From: Macrostomum lignano
Lineage: Eukaryota
DNA: 64,000 bases
Assembly: GCA_002269645.1 (NCBI GenBank)
Contig: NIVC01002402.1
Span: 56,132 to 120,131 of the forward strand
Direction of reading: 5' to 3'
In this document: positions 33,615 through 46,480 of the stretch, in pieces
Layout: every line of letters starts with the position of its first letter
How positions within the stretch are numbered: the first letter of the stretch is position 1
The notes under the pieces: generated by a model
The model's input: the letters and a program-made list of their open reading frames with translations, nothing else
What the model was told of the DNA's origin: nothing
Databases searched by the model: none
Program-made: the position numbers and the translations under genes

Positions 33615-35084
33615 GGGTCCCTTGGCTCAGGCTTAATGAAGGGCGGGCGGCACCAAATCTGCGCGGCAAAGTGGAAAAGAAAAGCGTCTGGGTTTGATGA
33701 GGCGGTTTTCAATTGCTTTCCGGATGTAAAGAACCGAATCGAAGTGGAGGGTGCAGAGACGGTACGGCTGAAGTCTTTAAACCCGCGCTCCGTATTGCGG
33801 AAAGAAATGTAGAGGAGAGGGTGGGGGCTTCAGACTGGGAATTGATCGCCACCGCAACAGGCACTGGTTGGCCAATAAAAGTCTCGAGAGCCTTCCGTTT
33901 ACAAATTTTCCTGCATGGCCACGGTACCTGTGAAGGCAGGGTAGAACGGGGATCAGAACCAATAGGATCTGAGGCTTACCTGGCTTTCCCATGGCATAGT
34001 TCTTAAATATTAGCGAAGACCCTTGGTATAAACCTGTCTTCTCGGCGAGTGACGTAATAACACAGCAGCCCAAGGAGAGTGGCGGATCTGTTTTAATGTT
34101 GCATAACCAGTCAGCTTTTCCATGGATTGCCTCCAAGACCACAATAGTTTTGCTTTTCTTTGGAAATGCTAATCAAGCAATGCGGAGGCCGAGATTTTAT
34201 CTACGAATTCGGGCTGAAAGAGAGCGGAGCAGTCAATCAAGATGAAGCTGTTCGGAATGCAGGATTGCATTCGGTTGCATTCCAAGTTGCTACCCGCCTG
34301 ATTTCGCCTCCTCGGTAACGAGGGCGGACGGAACCGCTGTGAGCGGCAAGGAACTGGCGGTTGGGCTGCTGCCTCGCACCGCTTCATCATAAATCCAGCA
34401 GTGTAGCAACTGGCATCTTCGGGCGGACCCAGGAGGAGTCATATAACTGCCGAACGTTCAGCTGGTCGGAAAATGTCATCCCAGTTTTAGTGTACTTGTA
34501 CCACAGTTCCCGTCTGACAGCCTTCAAGTTTACACTTTAATCGGAGGCTGATGCTCGAGTCCCAGCTGTCAAGGCAGCTTGTCTACGCGATAAAAGCCTA
34601 TTGATGCGTGAGAGAATTTTCGGATAGAGTCTGATTTGATGACTTACAGAAGTTCGCTATGCACTTTCGGGCACTTGTACTGACGCGGCCAGGTCAGAAC
34701 GCGTCGAAACTTTCATAGGGCGTAGACCTTCGCAAGGATTGCCATGTGATACTGCAGTATAGTTGTCAAAATTTATGTCCGTGTATGCTCTTTAAATGCG
34801 CAGGTTGCAATCTGACCTACTTGACAGTAGCAAGACAGAAATGCGCAGTCACCCGAACTTCACCGAATCGTTTACTTACGGATCTGGTCCAACTACCAGG
34901 TCTATACAAAGGTCTACTACTACAAAGGTCTATATGGGTTAGGGTTAGGGTCGCTGGGGCGCTGATTGCTAGTTTATCCTGAAAGCATTATTTTTATTAC
35001 ACCTGCCCTAACGGGCAGATTTGCAACCGACAGCTCAGCCGCAGCTATTGCGCGGCGCATCTGAAGGCTACGTAGGGCTGTTCA

Positions 35085-35245
35085 GTCCAAGGACTGGGCT
35101 GGGGGGTCGCCACACACACCCTCAATTGCCCCAGCTAATGCTGGCACCTATTTACAGGTGGGTGAAGTGAAGCAATGTTGTTCCCAGTGAGTCGAGAATC
35201 GAACCCTCGACCTTTCAGTTGTGTGTCCTACTATGCTACAACCCT
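35085..35245 (-). mobile_element. tRNA-derived SINE-like element
   Basis: Minus strand: A-box-like TAGCATAGTAGG (35238-35227) and B-box GGTTCGATTC (35205-35196), followed by tcacccacctgtaaataggtgcc, which resembles conserved SINE central domains. No intact tRNA cloverleaf. Confidence 0.55.
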
Positions 35246-35573
35246 ATTTTAAACAATATAAAATGGCTTGAGCTCCTGTAGATGCTATCAAAACCGGGGC
35301 GATTGTCCTCCGTAGATTAAGCGACCCTCTTCATCTTCCCTAATTACTTCGCTTTTCTACACCACTATTCACTGATCAGTGCAAAACCGCAGCCCACAGC
35401 CAAATAAATAATTCATAAAGATTGGTAGACCACAAATTCCTGATGAAAAAACGTTTTAATTACAGAGAATATCCTTATTCCACAAGAGACTCAGGTAGGG
35501 CGTTTCAGACCTGGATTTAAAGAGCGAAGACAAACGCAGATGTGACCTGAGAGTGCTCAACTCCAATCCGGAC

Positions 35574-38500
35574 ATGAATCAGCAGCAGAAGCAGCACAAA
35601 TCGCAGGTCCCGACTTCTGCAGCCGTTGCCGCGAGCACGCTGATCCGCGTGCGGCCCGAGTTCTACCTGGCCGACCTGGGTCCGCAGACGCCGCCAGCGC
35701 TCACCTTTGCGCTGCCGCCTCGAGCATTCGACGCTTCCTCCGGTTTCGGAGGAGCCGTCGTCAACAGCGCCTCGTCCAGCTGCTCCCTGCCTGCGGACGT
35801 GTCTGACGCCGGGCGCGGAGGCGCTGAAGATGACGACGCGCCCACGGCTGGCAGGATCGACCACCGGCAGGTGCCACCGCGGAAGAACTCTGCCACGAGT
35901 CCGCTTTTAGTCTGCACTTGCCAGCGACAGGCGAACGATGAAGATGCTGACGATGGGCAGTGGCTGTCCCAGCCGCCGCCGCTTCATCCGTCCGTTCGTC
36001 ATTCCAATGTGAGAAACAGCTGAGTTGTTTCAGGGCTTCAGAATTCGTGTTTTGCTGGAAAAATATTTCTAAAATCCTGATAAAACTGCAGTTACCATTT
36101 ATCTTTGAGATGTTTACAGGAGTTTTTGTACATGAAGAAACCAACTCTACCGTGATTTGACCCCGTATGCTACTCGAATTGAACATAACCTCAATCTTGA
36201 TCCTTGATCCTTGATCCATCCTTGATCAAGGATCCACAGCTTGATCCCAAAGACATCCCGATCCCAAAGACACCTCAATCTCAAAAGACACATTGATCCC
36301 TAAGACATTGATCCCAAAGACACCCTGATCCCAAAGACACCCCGATTCCAAAGACACCCCGATCCCAAAGACACCCCGATCCCAAAGACACCCCGATTCC
36401 AAAGACACCCCGATCCCAAAGACACCCCGATCCCTAAGACACCCCCTAAGACACCCCGATCCCAAAGACACCCCGATTCCAAAGACACCCCGATCCCAAA
36501 GACACCCGATTCCAAAGACACCCCGATCCCAAAGACACCCCGATTCCAAAGACACCCCGATCCCAAAGACACCCCGATCCCAAGGACACCCCGATCCCAA
36601 AGACACCCCGATCCCGAGGAAAGCCTGCACCAGAGCAGCAAGTAGCTAGCTGTAACTGAACGAATATCAGGTAATGTCAGGATGTCTGAGGATACGAGTA
36701 TTTTGACTGAACAATAATTTGATGATAAACTGGTTATGCTGTAAGCGTTATCAACTATCCACCTCGCAGACTCAGCTGTTCGGCCACTCCAGAGGTGAAC
36801 GTCAGTTTGACGCCGAGCTGGAATCTGCATCCGCGTCAGTGGAATATCGTCATGAGGTATTTTTGGACATTCTCCTGCATGTTATTACGAGCCTACCTTA
36901 TGAGAAAATAGAATTCCTACCTACATTGGCGCGAGAAAGCTGTAAGTTCAAGGCCGATGCTCTCCCCCAAAAAAAAGCCGATTACTGCCCCATCAGCTCT
37001 TGAATGAAGCTGGCACTTCGCCGGCGCACGCCTTGCGGTCATGAGCCAGCGAGACTCAGTTGTCAGAGGATCAGAAGCGGGCATGGATTTTCTGAAAGCA
37101 AATGGACCCTAATGCCCTATTTTTGAGTCTCTTTTTCCGATTCTCCCACTCCGCAGTCGATGGAAAAGCTTTCCTTTTCTTTTTTTTTGAAAGTTGAAAC
37201 TCAGTTTAAAAGTTCCTCTTAAGCGCTCCATCTTTCGAAATGCGGACCGGGCTTTTCCACCTTGAGCAAGGATTGCCACCCCGAGGCGACTCATCGATTT
37301 CACTCGCCTTATTCCTCGGTTCTTTAGCCGAAGCAGCCTAGACATTGTGGGGGGGGGGGGTTCCAGGGCTGATGGCAAGAAAAATCCCACCAAAAACAAC
37401 ATTGACGGGTGGAACAGGCGGCCGAGCGCGAGCGAGACGGCTTCGCCTCGGCAACGCGCCGCCTGGAGGAAGAGAATGAAAGCCTGCGGCGGCAGCTGCG
37501 TGACGCGCGCAGGCGACTGGAGGACGCCGAGCAGGAGTCCGACCGGCTGCGAGCGGCGCACCAGCGCGCTGAGAGAGCGCTCGAAGGCCGGGAGCGGCTG
37601 CAGAGGCTGCGTGTTCGAGCTTTGGAGCAGCAGGTGCGCGTGTTTAGATATTGCGCCAGCCTTTTGCCTTTTCTGCTTTGATTGCAGCTTTGAAACATTT
37701 GGCTGCCAGTGACATTTAGCTGCCAGTGACATTTGAATGTCAGTGAAATTTGACTGTCAGGGACATTTGATTGTCAGTGACTTTTGGCTACCAGTGACAT
37801 TTGACTGTCAGTGACATTCGACTGTCAGTGACATTTGACTGCCAGTGACATTTGACTGCCAGTGACATTTGACTGTCAGCGACATTTGATTGTCAGTGAC
37901 TTTTGGCTACCAGTGACATTTGGCTGCCAGTGACATTTGACTGTCAGTGACATTTGACTGCCAGTGAAATTTGACTGTCAGTGACATTTGGCTGCCAGTG
38001 ACATTTAGCTGCCAGTGACATTTGAATGTCAGTGAAATTTGACTGTCAGGGACATTTGATTGTCAGTGACTTTTGGCTACCAGTGACATTTGACTGTCAG
38101 TGACATTCGACTGTCAGTGACATTTGACTGCCAGTGACATTTGACTGCCAGTGACATTTGACTGTCAGCGACATTTGATTGTCAGTGACTTTTGGCTACC
38201 AGTGACATTTGGCTGCCAGTGACATTTGACTGTCAGTGACATTTGACTGCCAGTGAAATTTGACTGTCAGTGACATTTGGCTGCCAGTGACATTTGACTG
38301 TCAGTGACATTTGACTGCCAGTGACATTTGACTGTCAGTGACATTTGACTGTCAGTGACATTTGGCTGCCAGTGACATTTGACTGCCAGTGACATTTGGC
38401 TGTACATCTGGGATTAAATCTCAGGCGAATTCCATAACGGGAATGGAAACTCCTGTCCTCAGATTTCAGCCCTGAAGGTGCAGCAGCAGCAGAAGGAGGA

Positions 38501-38774
38501 AGCGGCTGAGGAGGAGCATCGGCGAGCATCGAGGCGGTCGTCGTCGCTGCGACGCCATCGCCAGCTCGGAGGCGACGGTCGCGCTGGCGGCGAGCTGATG
38601 GAAATCCGCGGCCTACTCGACGCCTCGCTGGCGACCGTCAGCCGGGAGCCCCGGCTGGACGCGGCGCTGCTGGAGGCGGAGACTCGTCGCCTGAGCGACG
38701 CCCTGCTGCTCCGGGGAAGTCACCGAGCCGACAACAAAGACGCCATCGGCCGGCTTGGCGTTTGGAGACGCTGA
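35574..38774 (+). CDS. Hypothetical coiled-coil protein; exons 35574-36008, 36770-36856, 37418-37633, 38478-38774
   Basis: All phase-0 GT-AG junctions; heptad-rich RRLEEENESLRRQLRDARRRLEDAEQESDRLRAAH; C-terminal LMEIRGLLDASLATVSREPRLDAALLEAETRRL. Confidence 0.6.
36195..36620 (+). repeat. 17-bp minisatellite (GATCCCAAAGACACCCC)n, intronic
   Basis: Direct inspection. Confidence 0.92.
37700..38400 (+). repeat. 17-bp minisatellite (CAGTGACATTTGACTG[T/C])n, intronic, with a higher-order duplication
   Basis: Direct inspection; a block of about 290 bp starting near 37705 recurs near 37995. Confidence 0.93.
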
Positions 38775-39489
38775 CGCTCACAAGGGTCTCGAGCCGGGCT
38801 GGCCCCGAACTCGTGCTGTTTTTAGCAATGAATTTCCCATGGCTAATAGTTGTATTTAGTTTGTTGTCTTTTAGGTTTAGTTGTCACAAACAATATCAAT
38901 AAAAGCAATACGATTTGAGCATATTTAATAACAATGAAGTAGTTCCGGGTCTCAAAGGATGTCTCAAAGAAAAATAAAGTATTTAATTTATGCTCGTGTC
39001 GAATTTCTAAAATACTCTCTTTCGAGCTGTAATTGACGTCACTACCATATTGGTGGGCCTTGGAGAACTCTGATCAAAAAGCAGCCAAGGTGTCGCGTGC
39101 TTCGAAAGAAAATCGAGTAAATTCGGGGGCAGGTAAATTCGTTTGATTTTCTTCGGCCATATACTGAGACTCAGAGCAGCGATGTATTAGCCAGAGTTAA
39201 CAATTTTCGCAGAGAAAATATTGCTACATATTAGGAATATTGCGGATGTAACGAGTCGCCTAAGTGATTGCGTGATTTATAGGGCGAGAATCGGTACAGA
39301 TCAGTGCCCGGCAACTGGGCATGGGACAGCAAAATGCGTTCTGATCGGATCTGATTGGTTGTAACAAGGCCTGACCACTCACCTTCGAAATCAACTTTCT
39401 AATCATATATAGACTCGAATGCTTGCCATGGCAGCACGTGTGCTGCAGTTCTAGATTTATTCAACATAGAGAACCTGTCAAAAGAAACA

Positions 39490-39806
39490 ATGAGCTGGCT
39501 ACAACTGCTGCTACTCGTTGCCGTGTCAACAAGTACCGCCAGATCTTACGCCTCAGGCGGCCGCCATCACGCCTTTCTGGCCCAGTCGACCGACGCCTTC
39601 GACGATCCGGACTCGCTGAAGGAGTACCTGTTGAATCTCAACCGATATTTTGCCTCGCTGGGCAGACCCAGGTAATGCATCTGCAACTTACATTTTTGTA
39701 TGCACTGTAGTAACTATAAGCTCAATTCCCGCTTCGATTCCAAACTTTCAGATACAACAAGCGTGCGATGGACAATGCGGTGAAGCTGAAGGCTGACGAT
39801 CAGTAA
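39490..39806 (+). CDS. npf: Neuropeptide F/Y-family prepropeptide; exons 39490-39671 and 39752-39806
   Basis: Signal peptide, then FDDPDSLKEYLLNLNRYFASLGRPR|Y-NKR. The phase-2 intron inside the last Arg codon of RPR is the hallmark NPY/NPF intron position. Confidence 0.92.
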
Positions 39807-40819
39807 TGTGTGGGTGATTCCCACAATAAATTCCCACAAACACTTGGTTATTTGTTAAATAGACTATGAAACGTACGAGCAAGATGAATGTACATGTACT
39901 TCGAATACATGTCACAAATAAGGACGAACGAAGTCCCTCTTGTGTAAAGGGCTTTTTTCTTGGCAAAAATACTTACCAACGTTACGAACTGCTTCGTGGT
40001 TGGACAAATAAATTTATTGTGCAAGTTCTCCTTCGAGAAATGATAAATTATTGAAAAGCGCCAATGCACGACAAGCTAGATGAGTTAAATAACATACGCA
40101 AAGACTCAGAACTCAGGCCAATTTAGAAAAAAATGTTTCAAGACAATATTGCTGCCAAAAATGGAAAGACAATGCAGCTTCTTTCATTTTAATTAACCGG
40201 AACATGAATTGTGCAATTGTGGATGTGGGTTCAATGCAGTTCTATGGTGACCTGCTAGAGTTAGGCTTCGATCGCACAAAAGCCATGCGATATGATGACG
40301 ATCGTGCCGGCTTCTTCAGCAAGACGTAACGCGGTGGAGTGCTGTTAGCGCAGACCTTGGTACTTGATGACACCAACAAAAATAATATAAATGCAACAGC
40401 GTCTGTTTCGACTTCAACAGCCTTAGCGGCTGCAGCAAAACTCACTGCCGCTTCGCTCATCAGTGCTCACAGCCGCACCCCGAAGCCCGAGTCCACGCTG
40501 ATGATGGAGACTCCGGCCAAATTTCAAAAAGCTAGCGTGTGAGGTGGGTGGGGCACAGAACTCGGGTCACCTGTGCGTGTCCATGTCCTTGCACTGTTCA
40601 GCTGGTGGAGCTGAGGACCTAACAAAGCACCGCCTGGTCTCGTTGGTCACTTGGTCACTTCGTTGGTCACTGGCCTTACCCAGGCAGACCTTATAGACCT
40701 TCAACAGGTGGCACCAGTTGACTATGGATACCCTGTTGCGAATTTCTCTATGACCAGTATGAGCATAATTCATGGAGTAAAATCGGCATCAGTTATTCTA
40801 TTCTGTTGGTGTGTTCTAT

Positions 40820-40918
40820 TCATCATCATCATCTTCATCATCATCATCGTCATAATCATAATCTTCATCATCATCATAATCATCATCACCATCAGCATCA
40901 TTATCATCATCATCATTT
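40820..40918 (+). repeat. (CAT)n-type trinucleotide repeat
   Basis: Direct inspection. Confidence 0.9.
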
Positions 40919-43900
40919 CCTAACAGCCTCCCATACAGCCTGACGGCAGCCATATCATTCAGCTATAAATACAGTATAAAATTCTCAATATGATGCTTTA
41001 AAAGCATTTTCAAGCGAAATTATGAATAATTTGTGCATCGGACAGCAAGCCGGGCGGTCAGATCCGGACAATGGGCGAAAAACCCGCTCTGCAGACCGGG
41101 CATGCGGGTCCTCCTTTGTCCGCCTCAACTCGCTGCTGCACGGACTTGCTCGCTGGTGACAACTTCCACTATACGAGCTGCTAAAATGATCTGTTTATTG
41201 ATTTTCAAGCTTCACAGGGGCTGTGAGAGTGTGGATCAGAGAAAGGGAACCAATTTTGAGCAGCAAGGACTGATAGAAAACAATATGGGAACCAAGGGAT
41301 GAAAAAAGAGAGATCATTTTCTCCCGTTTGTAAGTTGTCACGAGGAGGCTTTCAGGACAGAGTTTTTCATTGCCTTTATAATCGCATTAACTCTATAGTG
41401 GCTATCACTAAATTCATGTCACAGGCAGGAAAGCGAAGACTGAAAAGAGCTGTGCTAAAGTGGAAAGTCCCTAACAAAGCAGTCTAAAGCCAAAACAGAG
41501 TCAGAGTAGCGAAGGTGAACAGTGGCTGGTGAGCTGAGCTGCTGTCGCAACCACTTGATGTAGCGGAAAAAAAGTCGAAACGCTTCTCCAGTCCCCCCAG
41601 AGATATGACTTCAGACCCCTGAGCAGCGAATGTCCTGAGATTGCTGCTCCACGGTCGAAAGCTGCCGCTGTTGCCGCTTGAATCAGCTGTGTGGGGAACT
41701 GCAACCGACAGAGAGGGGGCGAGTCGCTGACCAGATCGGATTGAAAACAGAAGCGCATCGGGACCGTCTGCCGCCACCTGGTTTCGCTTGAGATGCGCTT
41801 TGGCACTGTGGCAGCCAGACTTGGTGGTGCCGTGGTGGCATTAAGAGAACTGATTGGTATCTTTCTACATGTAGTAGGCGCGGGTCCTTTAATCGAATAG
41901 CGCCAGCGGAGAGTCGCGAGTTTCGAGTCGCTACAGCAGATGGAAGACCCGGGTTCCATCCTTGCTTCCTTGCTTAACAGGAGCTGCAATGACTGCATGC
42001 GTCAGCGGATTCGGGGATGCCGCAGAGTTCTGGGCTGGTGACTAGCTTCAGTGCCGATTTCAATTAATTGAAATGAATTAGCATTACCTGCTCATTGAAA
42101 TTCCACTTTCTGATCGAACTACCTAGGCAAGTTCGTGACAGCGCGAATTGCAGACCTTGAAAATATCCACAACATGTCTGTGGCCAACCCGAGAAACCTG
42201 CGGGTGCAGGCAACCCCGCCCTCCCTGTAGTCTGACACAAAGATCGATGAGTGTGACCGATAAATTTTCGACTACTACTATACTACGATATATAGATATG
42301 ATACGAGAATTTTACATAAAAAAGCTCTAGAAGAGCCAAGAGCTCCGCAAGTTTTGCCAAAATACTACCAGTGCAACGAGGTCGCAGAAAAAAGCGCGTG
42401 CAATATGCTGACTAAGCATCAGGGAGTGTGCATGGTACATCACTCACGTTTCACTACAAGGACCACTGTAGTAGTAGTACAGTGGTCCTTGGTTTCACTA
42501 GCGAATCACTATTGGAGACGAAACCTCGTGGCGAATATTCATAATGAAAAAGTTTATTTATCAGACATATTTTTTGCGATAGCGAATTGTTTTCTAAAAA
42601 ATGGTGTGATGGTTTATTCGCTAGTGAAACGTAAGTCGTGCATCTCTCTTCTTTATATTTTCATGGAACGGTACATTAAAACAAAACAGATCACTCTAGT
42701 TTAGGCAAAAAACGAGCGAAATAGCTTTAAACTCGCAGAAACATAAAAAATGAAGAACTGAGTTGTCGAAAAATTTGACTGCTGACAATTTATATTACAA
42801 TTTAGACTTCCAATTCCATTTCGCGCGCTCTCATAGCTCGAGCACAAGTTGAGTACTGAGAGGGCTCTAGTCAAACTCAATATTTAGAATTTTATTATAT
42901 TGAAAACTACCGACTGGGCATACAATCCCGTAAAATGTAGATGGCAGTAAAAATATGGCCACTCTATAGGTAGGACTAATTTTAATCTAACTTAGGCCAC
43001 ATATAAGGGGTAAACTAGAGAATTTCGAATTTCTGTGTTGCTAGTTTTTGTAATTCAGAATGTTTTCAATTTACAATCAAGTAAACAAGCCTAGGCCTAC
43101 TAGGCTCTAATATAATTGTCAAAACAGCCCACAATTTAAAATAGCTACATTGGCTAGATTAGCCAGTAGTTGCAGATTTATGCTAGGCCTTGGGTAGGCC
43201 TATTTATAAAAGTAAAATTCAAATAAGCATATTTTTTAAACTTTGCTTAATATTGCAATTTTTTATCTGTCCCTTATTGAAATGAAATAGAATATTTAAG
43301 AAAAGAGAATAATTTGTTCTTTCTCTAGCATTAAATAAAATATTATACTAAAATTGTTGCTATTGGCAAGTATTGCAGTGATGTTCTAATTTTTGTCCAT
43401 TAGTAATATCAAAAGTATTAGCATTAGGCCTAAAACAAAGTCTTAACTTATTATCTTTTAATTTTGTTAAGTTAACTGAAAGTTAACTGATAATTGTTAA
43501 AAAGTGGTAATCCATTAAAGTTAACATAGAAAATAGTTCAAAATCTTTCACTTTTTACCAAAACAGACTTCTATAAATGCACTGTCTTTGCTTTTCCACC
43601 TTTTTAGCAAAACACAAAGGTCATCTAAGATTTACAAGCTAAAAGAAGTAATAAATAATAATTTAAAAACATACATGCGCAACCTTGAAAATCATTTAGC
43701 CATTTCTAATTTTCTATTAGCATTAACAATACACATATAAGTCACTATTGGCTAAGAGCAATCATGTGACTACTATTCGATCCAATAGTGACTTACATGT
43801 GTGTGTTGCCAATAGAAATGGCTAGGTGAATTCCTAGGTTGCACCCAAGTATATTTAAAACATGAATATATAATACTACTAAAAGTAAGCATATAGTAAA

Positions 43901-46480
43901 CAAAGTAACTAATTTATTTTAAACTCAGTAGCATTAGCAGGCGCAGTAGAAAGTTACAAAAGATTAGGAAAGAAGTGAATCAAAGCAATCAATGTTTATG
44001 CACAAGTATTATTAAAGTTCATTAGTAAGAAGTTGGTATATTTACATTATCATTGTTATAAACAAAAAAATTAATTAGGCATTTAGATATAAATTTGAAT
44101 ACATTTGTAATGTTGTCACTTCTCATCAAACTTTTATTTTTTTCTTTCTTTGCATCTTTGGTCACTGAAATTCATTAACATTAATGATAAATTTGTTGTT
44201 AACTCACAAAATTATTAACACAAATTTGTTAGGCTAATCCATTAGTGCAAAAAAATCTTAATGGCAGTCTATTAATGTTAATGAATAATCTTAATGCTTA
44301 TTAACACTTTTAATGGATTAATGCTTATTAACAAGACTGGTGCCCAACACTGATTCAAAGGGTACATCAACTTAATTTTATGAAATAAAGCCTGAATAAC
44401 ATTATGTAAGCCTACACAATATGATTTTGGCAAAAAAAAGTTAATTGGACTTGGGATAGGCTAGAATAAGCAGTTGATAGTTGTTTCGTCTATTGCCAGT
44501 TTGTCTGCTACTCTTTTGTTTGCAAAAATATAATGCTTGCAATCATTTTGTCTATTAACAAAATATTAATATATATCAGTATTTATGTGTATATAATATT
44601 AAAAGAATCTAATTGTCTCCTTGCTTGTTCTCTCCTGTCATAGGTCTAGTTTTTGTAACTTTCTAAATCCAACTTCCTGGTGTCACTTTAAGCAAAATGA
44701 CATTATTTCTATACATGGTTACTGAGGCTCCACTTTAGAAGCTTATATTGATAGACTCTGGATTTTGTTTAATGCTTTTTACCTTAGGCCTAAGGACTTA
44801 AAATCTCCTTTTGTATTGAAAATGAAAACATGTCTTAACTTTGACACCCCTCCTCTATTCAAACCTATAGTGCATGTAGTGTTAAACATTATTGTCTTTG
44901 TTGCTTGAGTCCCCAATTCTAGGAACTTAAGAGCTTCTTTCAGTCTTCATGTTGAAAGTGAGAAATATATATCTCAACTTTAGCCCTAACACCCAAGCCC
45001 AATATGCATATGGCATTAAAACTCTGTATTTGAGTCCCCAACTTAAGAGCTTCCTTGTATTGAAAGTGAAAACATTCATCTTAATCTTAACAGCCCTTAC
45101 TACCCAACCTTAATAGTCCTTAATAGAGGTAGTATTGAAAATCTATGTTGATGCTTGAGTCCTAAATTCTAGGACTTAAGATTTCCCTTTACTTTGAAAC
45201 TAGCAATATTCATTTATTTCTACTACCCTACCCCCATCAAATCAACAGCTCCAATGGTTTTTAAAGTCTCAGTTGAGTGGTATGACTAGATACAGGAACT
45301 AAATATGTGAAGTACAAGTTCCTGTAACCATATCCATATTTGTATGGTTTTCCAAAAACAAGCATTTCCATAACTTCCTATAGTTATATCTATAGCTATG
45401 GTGGAAACTTTGATATTAAGATTATTATCAAGTTATTATTAGATTGGGTTAATGCTTGGCATTAACCATAGTCCAAATTTAAAAAAAAGATCTTAACTTT
45501 GTTATAATACATTAGAAAATAGAGAAACTCGGTACTTTTTGTTTAGTATATATACATGTGTGTCTAAATTATAGTAATAATTATATAAATAAATAAATTA
45601 AAAAACTTATCAATTAAAAGGATTTTATAAAATATTAAAAATACTAATAAAATGGTAATATTAAATATGGGATACTACATAGAGATTTCTAGTAGGCCCC
45701 TAGGCAATGCATTAAATAGGCTTAAACTATAGCATAGGTTCTAGGTACTACAAAAAGTATAAAATAGGAGGTTTGCTATATTGAGTAAGTAAACTATAAT
45801 TTTCATCTAAGCCTAAAGTCTCTATCATTACTCTAAAATTTATAAATCTATCATCAGATAGTTTTTTGTAGGGTATGGATACATCTATATCTACTAAGAT
45901 ATATTAAGATATTTTAAAACTTGTGTTAAAATGTTTTCAGTATATATGTTAATCTTAAGTCTTGATATTATTTTTGAGAGTCAGTATTAGATCATAATAG
46001 CAAAAAACAAAGATCTTATAAGTGTAAGCCTTACAATAAAGATCTCATCCAACCCTTTTAAACTAAGGTTTGCAATTATTCTTTGGAGAGTTTGGAGAGC
46101 CTTGTTTCTAAAAAAATTAAATATTTCAAATATTTGTTTAGAAAAATCTATAGAGAACTCTTATGTAATGTCAAAACTATGAGATAGGGCATAACAATAT
46201 AAGTGCCTTGTACAAAATTACCTAGTTTAAATTCTATAGTGCCTATTGATAAAATTTCCAAGCTAGTCCAATGCATCTAGTTTATGGCCAGCTCTGCTAT
46301 CTATTTCTACTATACAGGTTAACAGATACAATTTATTTTTAAAATGTATTTAAAAAGCTCAAATTATTGCAGAATTGCTCATACTTTAGCAACTTAAAAC
46401 CTTCTTAGCTTGTAGTAGGAATCACAGAATTTGGACTTTTTTTCGAAAGATCGCTACCATGATATAAAGTATGTTCTATA

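Noticed and set aside
33713-34700. ORFs 33777-34142 and 34169-34390 as genes or retroelement fragments
   Set aside because: No motif could be matched convincingly and there is no splice support.
35190-35245. Functional tRNA gene
   Set aside because: A and B boxes are present, but acceptor and anticodon stems cannot be formed; treated as a SINE head.
40242-42000. ORFs 40339-40542 and 41501-41998
   Set aside because: Moderately GC-rich, but no recognisable domain or consistent exon chain.
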